From NCBI GenBank assembly GCA_050049995.1, contig JASFVE010000053.1:1-13230 (forward strand): DNA of 13,230 bases, read 5' to 3'. The stretch comes from Chlamydiota bacterium. GTDB lineage: Bacteria > Chlamydiota > Chlamydiia > Chlamydiales > SM23-39. The notes under the pieces were generated by a model. It ran no database searches, was not told the origin of the DNA, and saw nothing but the letters and a program-made list of their open reading frames with translations. Positions 1 through 8,604 of the stretch are shown here, one piece after another. Both the position numbers and the translations under genes were made by a program. Every line of letters begins with the position of its first letter. Within the stretch, counting starts at the first letter, position 1.

Positions 1-2838
1 AAAGAAAATGGACGCAGCCTTGAAAAAAATGCAGGGTACAAGGTAGGTCAATACATTTATATTGAAAATGTAGGATTTAAACCTCTTATTCCGGATCCAT
101 TACTTGAGAAAAAAAATATCCAAAGCCATGAAATTGGGAATATTCTTTCCGAATATACCGAAACCTTCGAAAAATCTTTGGAAGATATTAAAGTATTTAA
201 ATATCCCACTTTAGCAAATTACCGATTGTTTTTTGATAAGAAAGAAAGGTTGCATATCATTACGTATGTGCATTCATTAGATGAAACAGAAGATGAGAAG
301 TCAGAGTTTTTCCCACCATGGTATTACGTTTCTGGAAAAGGGTTTTATTTTTTAGAAGATGCCTTGTTTGATACCAAAGAGAAAGTCATTGAAAAGGAGC
401 ATATTTCCGATTTTATTCACTCGCATAGAGTATGGCTCAATGATAAAAAAGGATTCGAAACGCATTTTGGAACTCTTCAAAGTCGATTTAAATACCAAGT
501 TACAAAAGAGAAAGAGCTTGAGTTTTACTTAAAAATAGAGCTACCTAAAGGGTCAGGAAAAACCATTGATTTTGGTGATTGGCTTTACATTCAAAATCGA
601 GGTTTTTATTTAAAAAGAGAATCAGGCAGGCCCCTGTCTATAAGACCAGGTTTGCAATTAGCTGAATCCGAGGTCCCAGATTTTATAAAAGAGCATGAAG
701 TAGAGCTGGAAAATATACAGCATTTTTTTTCTGATAGCTGTCCAATTAAAAAAACTACTTTAAGCATTCAAGTGATAGATGAAAACATATTCCTTTGTCC
801 AAAGGTTCACTTTCAAGAAGGTTATACGGCAAAAGATGTACTTTACTTTGATCAATATGTTTTTGTTTTGGGCGAAGGCTTTTCTAAACTACCTTTTAGC
901 GCTAGACTGCCAGAGCGCTATAGCAAAGAAAGAAAAATTCCACAGTCTCAAGAAAACTATTTTTTAAACTATGAATTGGAAAAATTATCTCCTTATATAT
1001 CCAACTTAGACAAAAAGCTTAAAAAACCAAAAAGGTTGAAGTTAAACCTTAAAAAACTAAAAAAGAAAAAAAGAAAAAATAAAGTATTTTGGCTTGTTGA
1101 CCTTAAGTTTAAATCAGAGCTAGGGGAGGTATCTCTGTCAGATGTTTGGCAGAAAATACACGAAAATAAACAATATTTTTTTTCTAGTGCAGGGTTGATA
1201 AATCTACTTGATGCAAGATTCCGTTGGTTAATAGAATTAAGCAGCCGTAAAATTTCTACGGAAACCCAGCTTCTTAAACTTACTACTTTAGAATGGCTAA
1301 GGCTTTGTATTTTTGAAGATATTTCACCTACTAGAGCTCAAAATAAAGATGCTCAGGAGATGAGAAAATATTTAAAAGAAATCTCCGCTCTACAAACTGA
1401 AAGGCTATTAGACACCCATCTTTTGCAAGCTAAATTAAGACCTTATCAGGAAATAGGGGTGCAATGGCTTTGGTTTTTATATGCACATGGACTGTCAGGT
1501 ATTTTATGTGATGACATGGGACTTGGAAAAACACACCAAACAATGGCCCTTTTAGCTTCTGTTATGAATGAAGATACTGAGGGTATGAATAAATATATGG
1601 TTATTTGTCCTACATCTGTGATTTATCATTGGGAAGATCTCATTAAAAGGTTTTTGCCAAAGATGCGAGTGCTTACTTATTATGGAGTAGAGCGAACATT
1701 AGAGTCTTTTGAGGAAACATACGATTTACTTCTTACATCTTATGGAATTTTGAGACAAAAAAATGAAAATCTTAAGTCATATAAATTTGAAGTAGTTGTT
1801 TTTGATGAACTTCAAATTGCTAAGAATCCTCAATCCCAAACGCATAAATCTTGCAAACAAATTAAAGCAAACATGAGGCTTGGTCTTACAGGAACGCCCA
1901 TTGAAAACTATTTGTCGGAGCTAAAGGCCTTATTTGATGTTGTTTTGCCTAACTATCTACCTGCTATGAGTGCTTTTAGAGACATGTTCATTAACCCCAT
2001 AGAGCGCAATCAAGATCCTGAAAAGAAAAAGGTGCTATCCAAAATAATAAAGCCATTTATCTTAAGAAGGAAAAAAAGGGATGTGTTATTTGACCTTCCA
2101 GAAAAAATGGAAGAGGTTGCTTACTGCCAGTTATCAGAAGAGCAGCAAAAAATTTATGACGAAACATTGCGGCAAAATAAACACGAGCTTTTATCGACAT
2201 TAGAAAATGAAGCAGAACCAGTTCCTTACCTTCATATATTTTCGATGCTGTCCAAGCTCAAGCAAATTTGCAATCATCCCAGCTTGTTTCTTAAAGATCC
2301 AAAATCTTATAAAAACCATAACAGCGGAAAGTGGGATTTATTTGTGGAGCTTTTAAATGAAGCAATTGAAAGCGGACAAAAGCTGGTTGTTTTTTCACAG
2401 TACCTAGACATGCTAACGATAATTGAGCAACACTTAAAAGAAAAAAATATTTCTTTCGCATTTATTAAAGGAGCTACTAAAAAAAGACATGATCAAATTA
2501 GGAAGTTTCAAGAAGACCCAAAATGTTCCGTTTTTGTGGCTTCTCTTTTAGCTGCAGGTGTAGGAATTGATCTTACTGCAGGATCTGTTGTGATTCACTA
2601 TGACAGATGGTGGAATCCCGCTAAAGAAAATCAAGCAACTGATAGGGTCCATCGTATTGGACAAAATCGAGGGGTTCAAGTTTTCAAGCTAGTGACTAAA
2701 AACACGTTAGAAGAGGATATTCATAGTCTTATTGAAAGAAAGCTAGGCTTGACTGAAGAACTTTTAGGAAAAGACGATAGCGATCAAATTAAAAAGCTCT
2801 CTAGAGAAGAGCTTTTAGAGATCTTTCGCAAAACTTAA
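1..2838 (+). CDS. SNF2/SWI2-family (SF2) helicase/ATPase, 5'-partial
   Basis: Motifs: LRPYQ (Q motif), LCDDMGLGKT (Walker A), FDELQIAKN (Walker B variant), LTGTPIEN (III), VVFSQY (IV), SLLAAGVGIDLT (V), QATDRVHRIGQ (VI). Frame 1 is open from base 1 (KENGRSLEKNAGYKV...), so the TTG at 178 is probably not the real start. Confidence 0.96.
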   Translation, partial: KENGRSLEKNAGYKVGQYIYIENVGFKPLIPDPLLEKKNIQSHEIGNILSEYTETFEKSLEDIKVFKYPTLANYRLFFDKKERLHIITYVHSLDETEDEKSEFFPPWYYVSGKGFYFLEDALFDTKEKVIEKEHISDFIHSHRVWLNDKKGFETHFGTLQSRFKYQVTKEKELEFYLKIELPKGSGKTIDFGDWLYIQNRGFYLKRESGRPLSIRPGLQLAESEVPDFIKEHEVELENIQHFFSDSCPIKKTTLSIQVIDENIFLCPKVHFQEGYTAKDVLYFDQYVFVLGEGFSKLPFSARLPERYSKERKIPQSQENYFLNYELEKLSPYISNLDKKLKKPKRLKLNLKKLKKKKRKNKVFWLVDLKFKSELGEVSLSDVWQKIHENKQYFFSSAGLINLLDARFRWLIELSSRKISTETQLLKLTTLEWLRLCIFEDISPTRAQNKDAQEMRKYLKEISALQTERLLDTHLLQAKLRPYQEIGVQWLWFLYAHGLSGILCDDMGLGKTHQTMALLASVMNEDTEGMNKYMVICPTSVIYHWEDLIKRFLPKMRVLTYYGVERTLESFEETYDLLLTSYGILRQKNENLKSYKFEVVVFDELQIAKNPQSQTHKSCKQIKANMRLGLTGTPIENYLSELKALFDVVLPNYLPAMSAFRDMFINPIERNQDPEKKKVLSKIIKPFILRRKKRDVLFDLPEKMEEVAYCQLSEEQQKIYDETLRQNKHELLSTLENEAEPVPYLHIFSMLSKLKQICNHPSLFLKDPKSYKNHNSGKWDLFVELLNEAIESGQKLVVFSQYLDMLTIIEQHLKEKNISFAFIKGATKKRHDQIRKFQEDPKCSVFVASLLAAGVGIDLTAGSVVIHYDRWWNPAKENQATDRVHRIGQNRGVQVFKLVTKNTLEEDIHSLIERKLGLTEELLGKDDSDQIKKLSREELLEIFRKT

Positions 2839-2904
2839 AAAACTTGATTTTATCAATACTTTTTTGTTTAGTGTAAAAACTTTTTTTTAACACTAGAGGC
2901 GGAA

Positions 2905-3198
2905 ATGTCTATAAAATCTACTACCAGTTTGCCAGAAAATGTACCCTCTGACGTTCAAGATCTTGAAAATAGAAAGGAAAATACACGGAATAAAGCTATT
3001 GCTGATGTAGCATGCGCTGTTTTTTTTATTTTTGGGACGTTTGCAACGGCGCAGACAACTCGCGCTATTATGATGAGAGTGCAAGGACAAGAAAGTGATG
3101 TCTCTGCCATGGAAGAGCAAATAGAGGCTTGCTTTAATTCTATACATTTATATGGGCTAGCTTCCGTAGCAGCAGCAGTCAACTTTATTTTTAGATAA
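2905..3198 (+). CDS. Small hypothetical protein (97 aa) with two hydrophobic segments
   Basis: ATG preceded by GAGGCGGA (RBS-like). Co-oriented with its neighbours and fills the intergenic gap. Hydrophobic stretches are AIADVACAVFFIFGTFATA and LYGLASVAAAVNFIF. Confidence 0.7.
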   Translation: MSIKSTTSLPENVPSDVQDLENRKENTRNKAIADVACAVFFIFGTFATAQTTRAIMMRVQGQESDVSAMEEQIEACFNSIHLYGLASVAAAVNFIFR

Positions 3199-3263
3199 TA
3201 AAATTTATCTGCACCATTTTATCTTACTTTTAGATATAATTTAGGCCTAAAAACTATAATTTT

Positions 3264-4568
3264 ATGAAATTAGCACTAGTTGGCCGCCCTAATGTGGGCA
3301 AATCAGCCCTTTTTAATCGAATTTGCAAAAAAAGAATTGCTATTGTCGATGATATGGAAGGGGTTACCCGTGACCGTATTTATGGTGAAGCTGAATTTGC
3401 GGGACAGACCATTGAGGTAATTGATACAGGTGGGATTCATTTTGGTAAAAATATTCCTTTCACAGAAGAGGTAAGAAGGCAGTCTCAGTTAGCTATTGAA
3501 GAGGCTGATGGTATTATATTGGTAGTGGACGGAAAGGCTGGAGTACAGAGCCTTGATGCTGATATTTCAAAAATTTTACTTAAAACACATAAGCCGGTTG
3601 TTTTAGCAGTAAATAAAATTGATGATTTGTCCTTGTCTGATTTAGTGTTTAATTTTTTTGAATTAGGTATTGAAAAAATGATACCAGTATCGGCTCTTCA
3701 TGGCCTTCATGTAGCTGAACTGTTGGAAAATATTTTTGAAAAAGTGCCTCAAGCTCACTTAGCTGATGAAGCTGATGCCATCTGTAAAGTGGCAATTGTG
3801 GGAAGGGCCAATGTCGGCAAGTCCACCTTAATAAATGCTCTATTAAATGAAGAGAGGACAATAGTTAGTCCTATTGCGGGGACGACTCGTGATGCCATTG
3901 ATATTCCTTTAGATTATAACGAATCTTCTTATCTTATGATTGATACTGCTGGAATAAGAAGGAAAAATAAAGAGAAGGAAGTCGTAGAGAAATTTGCTGC
4001 CATGCGCACAGAAAATGCTATTACTAGAGCAGATGTTTGCGTGTTAGTAATTGATGCAAATGAAGGACTTACATCACAAGAAAAGCGAATTATCAATCAA
4101 ATTGAAAGTGAAGGAAAAGGATTAGTTATATTTTTAAATAAATGGGACCTTGTCAAGGGGTTTCGAATGGAGCATTCTATTCAGGCAATCTATGAGGAAT
4201 CTCCTTTTATTAAGCACTGTCCAATTATTGTAGGCTCAGCCAAAGAAAAAAGAAACATCACGGAAATTTTTGAAAAGGTAAATGAGGTCCAGGAGAACCT
4301 AGCCAAAAAACTATCTACTTCTGAGCTTAATCAGTTTATCGAAAAGTGCTTTCAAAAAGTGCATCCTCCAATGATTCTAGGAAAAAGGCTTCGTGTATAC
4401 TATATGACACAAAAAACAACGAATCCACCGAGGTTTATTCTATTCATTAACTATCCAAATTTAATGACTAGGGCTTACAAAAACTACCTCATCAACTCAT
4501 TTAGGCAGGAATACGCATTTACTGGATGTCCAATAGAATTTATCCTTAGAGGAAAGAAAAAGTCCTAA
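3264..4568 (+). CDS. der: Ribosome biogenesis GTPase Der (EngA)
   Basis: Two tandem G domains: GRPNVGKS / DTGG / NKID and GRANVGKS / DTAG / NKWD. Switch motifs GVTRD and GTTRD. C-terminal KH-like domain (NPPRF...F.GCPI). Confidence 0.98.
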   Translation: MKLALVGRPNVGKSALFNRICKKRIAIVDDMEGVTRDRIYGEAEFAGQTIEVIDTGGIHFGKNIPFTEEVRRQSQLAIEEADGIILVVDGKAGVQSLDADISKILLKTHKPVVLAVNKIDDLSLSDLVFNFFELGIEKMIPVSALHGLHVAELLENIFEKVPQAHLADEADAICKVAIVGRANVGKSTLINALLNEERTIVSPIAGTTRDAIDIPLDYNESSYLMIDTAGIRRKNKEKEVVEKFAAMRTENAITRADVCVLVIDANEGLTSQEKRIINQIESEGKGLVIFLNKWDLVKGFRMEHSIQAIYEESPFIKHCPIIVGSAKEKRNITEIFEKVNEVQENLAKKLSTSELNQFIEKCFQKVHPPMILGKRLRVYYMTQKTTNPPRFILFINYPNLMTRAYKNYLINSFRQEYAFTGCPIEFILRGKKKS

Positions 4569-4606
4569 GTAGATATTAATGGTTCTTCATTTTATAAATA
4601 AGAACT

Positions 4607-6358
4607 ATGAAAAATCATTTAAGCCGACCTATTAGCTTCATACCTTTTAAAAAAGAACTGAAAAGGTACCATTTTTCTACTTTAAAACAAGACTTACTTG
4701 CGAGCTTGTCGGTCGCATTGCTAGCTATACCTCAGGCAATTGCTTACTCTCTTTTGGCTGGCTTACCACCGATCGCCGGGTTTTACTCAGCCATTTTTGG
4801 CACAATTTTTGCTTCTGCTTGGGGGTCTTCTCGACATTTAGTATCAGGTCCAACAACAGGCGTTGCAATTTTGTTGCAAACGACAGTCGCTGATGTAATA
4901 CAAAAGAACTACCCAGGAGCTAGTATTTCAGATGAAGGACTAGTTCTTCAGATATTAATGCACATCATTTTTGTTATTGGAGCCGTACAAATATTTTCTG
5001 CTTTTTTTAATGTAGGAAAGCTTTTGCAATTTGTTTCAAGGTCAGTGGTATTGGGGTATTTTGCTGGAGTTGCCTTGGCTATCATCGCCAACCAAATGTA
5101 TTATTTTACTGGTGTAGAGTTGGGGGACAATAATACATTAATTTTCAGGGCTAGCTATTTTTTAACGCACATTCGTGAAGTGCAATTGGGCCCTTTTATT
5201 TTAGGATCCATTGCGATAGGGTTTCTTTTCTTTTTCAAGAAAAAGCTTCCTAGAGTCCCAGATGCGTTACTTACTTTAATCCTAGCTGGAGGGTTAGCTT
5301 ATTGCATAAATGAGTTTTTACCTGAGCTTTTCAAGGTCAAAACATTAAAAGATGTTATTGATGTAGGAAGTCCTCGCTTTGAATTTGGACTGCCATATCT
5401 TAAATTTAAAGTCTTATCCGAGGTATTTTTATCTTCTGTAGCTATTAGTTTTGTCGCTATTTTAGAAGTCTTTAGCGTTTCAAGAAACTTAGCATCTAAG
5501 AGTGGGCAAAATATTTATTCCAACCAAGAAGTGTTTGGCCTTGGTATAAGTAATTTGTTTTTAGCTTTTTTTCCTTTTGCTATTCCTGCCTCAGGAAGTG
5601 CTTCAAGAAGTTCTCTTAATTTTCTATCAGGAGCAAAAACTCGCTTTGCATCTATTTACAGCGGCATTTTTGTAGCCATTATTATATTTATTTTTTGGCC
5701 ATTAGTAAAATTAATACCTTTATCCGCCTTAGCTGCTTTGTTACTGTTAACTACTTTTAATATTGTCAATTTAGAAAATATTAAGTTGTGCTTTAGAGCA
5801 ACCAAAGGTGATGCATTTGTGTTTTGCCTGACCATGTCTTCTTGTTTAGTTTTTGATTTAGATTTAGCATTTTTTATAGGGATAGTGATTTCTCTTATTT
5901 TTTATTTAAAAAAGTCAGCAGAGCCCCATCAAGTAGAATATGCCTTTAATACAGCGGGAAGGCTTACTGTAGTGAGCGCCACAGAAAATGTGCATCGAAA
6001 AATAAGAATTATAGGTGTGTCAGGTGAGTTGTTTTTTGGAACAGTCGATCTTTTTCAAAATACTATGCGAACCATTGCCAAAGACACTCATGTAAGAGCG
6101 ATTGTATTAAGGCTTACAGGCGTTTACCATATGGACGCTTCGATGTGCTTGGCAATTTTAAAAGTACATGAATATCTGCAGGCAACTAACAGGCACTTAT
6201 TGATTAGTGGCATTACTGACGAAGTTTGGAAGATATTCCATAGAACTCAAGTAGTCAAAACCATCGGAACAGAAAATCTATTTGTTTCTGAAGAGGCCAA
6301 TCCTCAATTATCCACTTGGAAAGCTTGCTTAAGGGCGCAAGATTTAGTCAGTTCTTAA
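4607..6358 (+). CDS. SulP/SLC26-family anion transporter with C-terminal STAS domain (YchM/DauA-like)
   Basis: DLLASLSVALLAIPQAIAYSLLAGLPP, GSSRHLVSGPT, NQEVFGLG.SN, SGSASRS and GAKTRFA motifs. STAS domain GELFFG...IVLRLTGVYHMDAS. Substrate cannot be determined from sequence. Confidence 0.95.
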   Translation: MKNHLSRPISFIPFKKELKRYHFSTLKQDLLASLSVALLAIPQAIAYSLLAGLPPIAGFYSAIFGTIFASAWGSSRHLVSGPTTGVAILLQTTVADVIQKNYPGASISDEGLVLQILMHIIFVIGAVQIFSAFFNVGKLLQFVSRSVVLGYFAGVALAIIANQMYYFTGVELGDNNTLIFRASYFLTHIREVQLGPFILGSIAIGFLFFFKKKLPRVPDALLTLILAGGLAYCINEFLPELFKVKTLKDVIDVGSPRFEFGLPYLKFKVLSEVFLSSVAISFVAILEVFSVSRNLASKSGQNIYSNQEVFGLGISNLFLAFFPFAIPASGSASRSSLNFLSGAKTRFASIYSGIFVAIIIFIFWPLVKLIPLSALAALLLLTTFNIVNLENIKLCFRATKGDAFVFCLTMSSCLVFDLDLAFFIGIVISLIFYLKKSAEPHQVEYAFNTAGRLTVVSATENVHRKIRIIGVSGELFFGTVDLFQNTMRTIAKDTHVRAIVLRLTGVYHMDASMCLAILKVHEYLQATNRHLLISGITDEVWKIFHRTQVVKTIGTENLFVSEEANPQLSTWKACLRAQDLVSS

Positions 6359-6466
6359 TCTCTATTTATAAGCTTATTTTTTTTCGATTTTCCCTTTATT
6401 AAGCCTATAATTGTTTTGCAACAAAGGGGTATACTTTTCCGACTACTATTAAAAAAAGTAAAAACA

Positions 6467-7066
6467 ATGATACCCAGCTCAAGTACAACTGAACTCTTTA
6501 AAAACTCAACTATTCCGATTAACGAATTTCCTCAAAATATTGACTTTATCAATAAACAGCCTCTTGAAGAAGAATCTCAAAAAATTGCTCAAGTAGCTGC
6601 TGATCGAATGCTTTGTGATGAATCATTATCAAGCATAACTAAATTTCCTAATGAGCTACTTACTTTAATCAGTGAGTTTTCTGGAAATCTTGACTTTTTA
6701 CCTGCTGTTTCCGAGAAACTTTATCAAAATAGAAAAACTATGTTTAAAGCTTTTGAAATTAGTAAGTTAGCTGCAGATCTAGCATCAAAAATTGCTAAGG
6801 CTTCTTTATTGGCAGATGAGGAAGAAGCCAATAAAATAGCCGATTTACAAGCAAAGTCAGTAGCTCTCAAGGACCTTGTAGCGAAATACACAAATTTAAT
6901 TACTTCAAATAGGTTATTTCGAGATGTATATGCTAATTGTAATGAAGTTTCACAAGTTTGTCTAAAAATTTGCGAGATTGCAAAAGCTATTCCAGAGGAA
7001 CATCTGCATTTACAAGTACAAGCTGTGCGTATTTCTTTAGAATTGGCATGGCATGTTCGATGTTAA
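6467..7066 (+). CDS. Paralog family copy 1: F-box-like motif protein (199 aa)
   Basis: ATG at 6467 preferred over TTG at 6416 because it gives a length matching the paralogs. Contains LSSITKFPNELLTLISEFSGNLDFLPAVSEKLY. The first repeat is degenerate (PINEFPQNIDF). Confidence 0.8.
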   Translation: MIPSSSTTELFKNSTIPINEFPQNIDFINKQPLEEESQKIAQVAADRMLCDESLSSITKFPNELLTLISEFSGNLDFLPAVSEKLYQNRKTMFKAFEISKLAADLASKIAKASLLADEEEANKIADLQAKSVALKDLVAKYTNLITSNRLFRDVYANCNEVSQVCLKICEIAKAIPEEHLHLQVQAVRISLELAWHVRC

Positions 7067-7114
7067 AAAAGGTAGTAATCAATGAAAAAGCTAGTTTAAA
7101 AAGGATTAAAAACA

Positions 7115-7720
7115 GTGACATCAATTTCAAATATTACTGACATACCAAGAGATATAATTGCTTTAATTGGCGAGTTTTCAGAAAACTTTGCCTTTTTGCC
7201 TGCTGTTTCTGAAAAGTTCAAAGAAAAAGGATTTATAGAAGAGTCTGAAAAGATTACTCAGCTTGCAGCTGAGCGGATACGTGGATGTTTATCAAACATA
7301 AATGAAATCCCTAATGATGCAATAGCCTTAATCGGGGAGTTTTCTGGAAATCTTGACTTTTTACCTGCTGTTTCCAAAGAACTGTATCATAATGTAGACA
7401 CTATGCATAAAGCTTATAAAGTTAATAAGTTAGCTGAAGATTTAGCGCCAAAAATTGCTAAGGTTTCTTTATTGGCAGATGAAGAAGAAGTCAATAAAAT
7501 AGCTGATGTAAAAGAAAAGTCAGTAGCTCTCAAGGACCTTGTAGAAAAATACACCATTATAGTTATGGAGCACAACTCAATGCTAGCTGCATATCTTGAT
7601 GAAGTTGCACTAGTTAGCACAGAAATACACAGGATTGTCAGAACTATCCCAGATGAAAATCTACAACGAGAGGCTGAGTGTATTACTGATAGAAAGGGCT
7701 TAGCTTGGCGTAGTTTTTAA
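7115..7720 (+). CDS. Paralog family copy 2: protein with two tandem F-box-like motifs (201 aa)
   Basis: GTG start aligns with the ATG of copy 3, with AAGGA upstream. Internal repeat with a 55-aa period: SNITDIPRDIIALIGEFSENFAFLPAVS / SNINEIPNDAIALIGEFSGNLDFLPAVS. Confidence 0.85.
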   Translation: MTSISNITDIPRDIIALIGEFSENFAFLPAVSEKFKEKGFIEESEKITQLAAERIRGCLSNINEIPNDAIALIGEFSGNLDFLPAVSKELYHNVDTMHKAYKVNKLAEDLAPKIAKVSLLADEEEVNKIADVKEKSVALKDLVEKYTIIVMEHNSMLAAYLDEVALVSTEIHRIVRTIPDENLQREAECITDRKGLAWRSF

Positions 7721-8004
7721 GTATTTCTTACAATAGAGGAAAATGTATGACATCAATTTCAAATATTACTGACATACCAAGAGATATAATTGCTTTAATT
7801 GGCGAGTTTTCAGAAAACTTTGCCTTTTTGCCAGTAGTTTCTGAAAAGTTCAAAGAAAAAGGATTTATAGAAGAGTCTCAAAAGACTGCTCGGCTTGCAG
7901 CTGAGCGGATACGTGGATGTTTATCAAACATAAATGAAATCCCTAATGATGCAATAGCCTTAATCGGGGAGTTTTCAGGAAACATTGACTTTTTACCAGC
8001 TGTT
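7116..8004 (+). repeat. Direct repeat of 257 bp: 7116-7372 vs 7748-8004 (5' parts of copies 2 and 3)
   Basis: Gap-free alignment at offset 632 with about 11 mismatches by manual count. Confidence 0.95.
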
Positions 8005-8358
8005 GCTGATAAGTTTTTTTTCCAAATGGAGGGTTTTTGTGAAAAAGGAGCAGAGGTGGGTAATTTAGCTAAAGCTAAGACACCAACAATTGCTATGGAT
8101 TCATTATTAGCGGAGGAGTCTGAAATTAATGAAATCACTGATTTACAAAAGAGATCCGAAGCCCTTAAAAATCTTGTAGAAAAATATGCTACTTTAGTTA
8201 CGTCTCGTAGATTACTACGAAGCACACCACACGTTAAAAAAGTTTCAAAAATTTGTGGGGAAATATACAGGATTGTCAAAACTATCCCAGATGAAAATCT
8301 ACAACGACATGCTGAGTGTATTACAGATAGTAAGGGCTTGTTTTGGTTTCATGTCTAA
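7747..8358 (+). CDS. Paralog family copy 3: protein with two tandem F-box-like motifs (203 aa)
   Basis: AGAGGA RBS and ATG start. First 86 aa nearly identical to copy 2. Confidence 0.85.
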   Translation: MTSISNITDIPRDIIALIGEFSENFAFLPVVSEKFKEKGFIEESQKTARLAAERIRGCLSNINEIPNDAIALIGEFSGNIDFLPAVADKFFFQMEGFCEKGAEVGNLAKAKTPTIAMDSLLAEESEINEITDLQKRSEALKNLVEKYATLVTSRRLLRSTPHVKKVSKICGEIYRIVKTIPDENLQRHAECITDSKGLFWFHV

Positions 8359-8604
8359 ATTTTTAATAACAGTATAAATAATCCTCGCTTATGATTGAAA
8401 ATCGTTTGATGAGAATAGAGCTACATTACCGAGATCTTCAAAGAATTGGCAATGAACATTTTCTATACTGGTACTGAATTAACCTTAATAGTCTAAAAAT
8501 AAGTATTCCTATAAAAGCTTGTTTAAAGGTTCAAGATCTTGTAAGTTCTTAATTTTTAAGTATATATGTAATAATTTTTTTTTTTAAATTAAAAGGTGAA
8601 CTAT

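Noticed and set aside
178..180. TTG start for the SNF2 gene from the ORF track
   Set aside because: The frame is open back to base 1, so the gene most likely starts upstream of the window.
1798..1825. DELQ instead of DEAH/DEAQ as a sign of an inactive helicase
   Set aside because: The catalytic D-E pair and all other motifs are intact, and DExQ variants are common in bacterial SNF2 proteins.
2844..2856. TTGAT-TTT-ATCAA palindrome resembling an FNR box
   Set aside because: The spacer is 3 nt rather than the required 4, and the site is not upstream of the anaerobic-type aspA-dcu genes.
7115..8358. Near-identical repeats as a diversity-generating retroelement TR/VR pair or a CRISPR array
   Set aside because: No reverse transcriptase or cas gene in the window. 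Mismatches are not confined to adenines of one copy, and the repeats are coding parts of paralogs with no repeat-spacer periodicity.
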